NCBI GenBank assembly: GCA_038087875.1
Contig: CM075989.1
Coordinates: 25,174,001-25,238,000, forward strand
From: Malacoraja senta
Taxonomy: Eukaryota
Reading direction: 5' to 3'
DNA length: 64,000 nt
Below the pieces are notes generated by a model. The model was given only the letters and a program-made list of their open reading frames with translations. It searched no databases and was not told where the DNA came from. Within the stretch, counting starts at the first letter, position 1. Every line of letters starts with the position of its first letter. The position numbers and the translations under genes were made by a program. Shown here piece by piece: positions 62,801 to 64,000 of the stretch.

Positions 62801-63974
62801 TCAAGTCAAGTCACATTTATTTATATAGCACATTTAAAAAACAACTCTCGTTGGCCAAAGTGCTTTACATTTGTTATAAGAATAGTATAAACAAACAAAC
62901 TACATACTATATACATATAGCCCTCGCTCAGAGGACGTCATGAAAGGCTTGGGAGAACAGATATGTCTTTAGTCTTGACTTAAAGGAGTCGATGGAGGGG
63001 GCAGTTCTGATGGGAAGGGGGATGCTGTTCCACAGTCTAGGGGCTGCAACCGCAAAGGTGCGGTCGCCCCTGAGCTTATGCCTAGACCGCGGGATATTCA
63101 GCAACCCCAAGTCGGCCGATCTGAGGGACCTGGAGGTGGAGTGGTGGGTGAGAAGACTTTTAATGTAGGTGGGGGCAAGCCCATTGAGGGCTTTGTAGAC
63201 ATAGAGGAGGATCTTGAAATGTATACGGAACCGCACAGGGAACCAGTGGAGAGAGGCCAGGATCGGGGTGATGTGGTCCCTTTTTCGGGTGCCCGTCAGG
63301 AGTCTCGCTGTGGCGTTTTGGACCAGTTGCAGGCGGGACAGGGAAGATTGGCTGATGCCAGTGTAAAGGGAGTTGCAGTAATGGGGTAAGTAGTGGGGTA
63401 AGGCTTCCAAGGCTGCCTACTATCATTTTGATTGAGTCCGAGGGGCCGAGAAGGATGACCTCAGACTTACTCTCGTTTAGTTGGAGGAAGTTCTGGGCCA
63501 TCCAACACTTTATATCCTCGAGGCAGCGGGTAAGGTTAAGCAGATTTGATTGTTTTTTGGGCTTCAGGGGGAGATAGAGTTGTGTATCGTCTGCGTAGCA
63601 ATGGAAGGAAATGCCGTGCCTTTCAATGACTTGGCCTAAGGGAGAAGAGAATGGGGCCAAAGATGGAACCTTGTGGAACCCAGAGCAGAGATTAGCTGGG
63701 GAGGAGAAAGAGTTGCCTATGTTTGTCGAGAAACTCCTACCTTTGAGGTAGGAGATGAACCAGCTCAGGGCAGTGCCATCAATACCAACCCCGTACCGGA
63801 GACGGTCAATTAGGATGGTGTGGTCGACGGTATCAAATGCTGCGCTGAGGTCAAGAAGGAGCAGGATTGCACAGTCGCCGGAGTCAACGGTGAGCAGTAG
63901 GTCATTATGTACCTTCAACAAGGCAGACTCTGTGCTGTGGTGAGCCCTGAAACCTGATTGGAAAGTTTCCAAGA
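62801..63974 (-). mobile_element. L2-clade LINE, 5'-truncated and frameshifted, inserted into a V-SINE
   Basis: FQSGFRAHHSTESALLKV...LLLLDLSAAFDTVDH...FHCYADDTQLY and RLQLVQNATARLL...APRLWNSIP. 3' tail is aataaa followed by (ttgac)n. Confidence 0.92.
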
Positions 63975-64000
63975 TAGTGGGCCAAAGGATCTGATTACAC

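Overview
Vertebrate nuclear genomic DNA. The repeat content (V-SINE/HE1-like SINEs, CR1/HER1-like LINEs, Penelope-derived repeats) points to a cartilaginous fish, probably a skate or ray; this is an inference. Two spliced genes lie in tandem on the + strand, in the same order as in human. ALDH1A3 (retinaldehyde dehydrogenase 3) has coding exons 2-13 at 9011-36712, 1440 nt in frame with GT-AG junctions throughout; exon 1 was not found. The 5' part of LRRK1 follows, with a putative non-coding exon 1 ending at 41949 and eight coding exons at 46572-62291 covering the ankyrin and LRR region; the gene continues past the window. Introns are full of mobile DNA: young CR1 LINEs, an L2 LINE nested in a SINE, Rex/Babar fragments, a Harbinger-type MITE and many minisatellites. 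The most notable non-genic signal is an abundant Penelope-derived repeat carrying a minimal type-I hammerhead-ribozyme-like core (CTGAAGA-A-stem II-GAAACGTC) with a palindromic ACGT in place of stem III. Other oddities are a near-perfect 481-bp duplication flanking ALDH1A3 exon 3, a 66-bp inverted templated insertion, a large CpG-rich VNTR at the putative LRRK1 promoter, and several repeats derived from or mimicking splice sites. No prokaryotic systems, CRISPR arrays or genuine tRNA/rRNA genes were seen.
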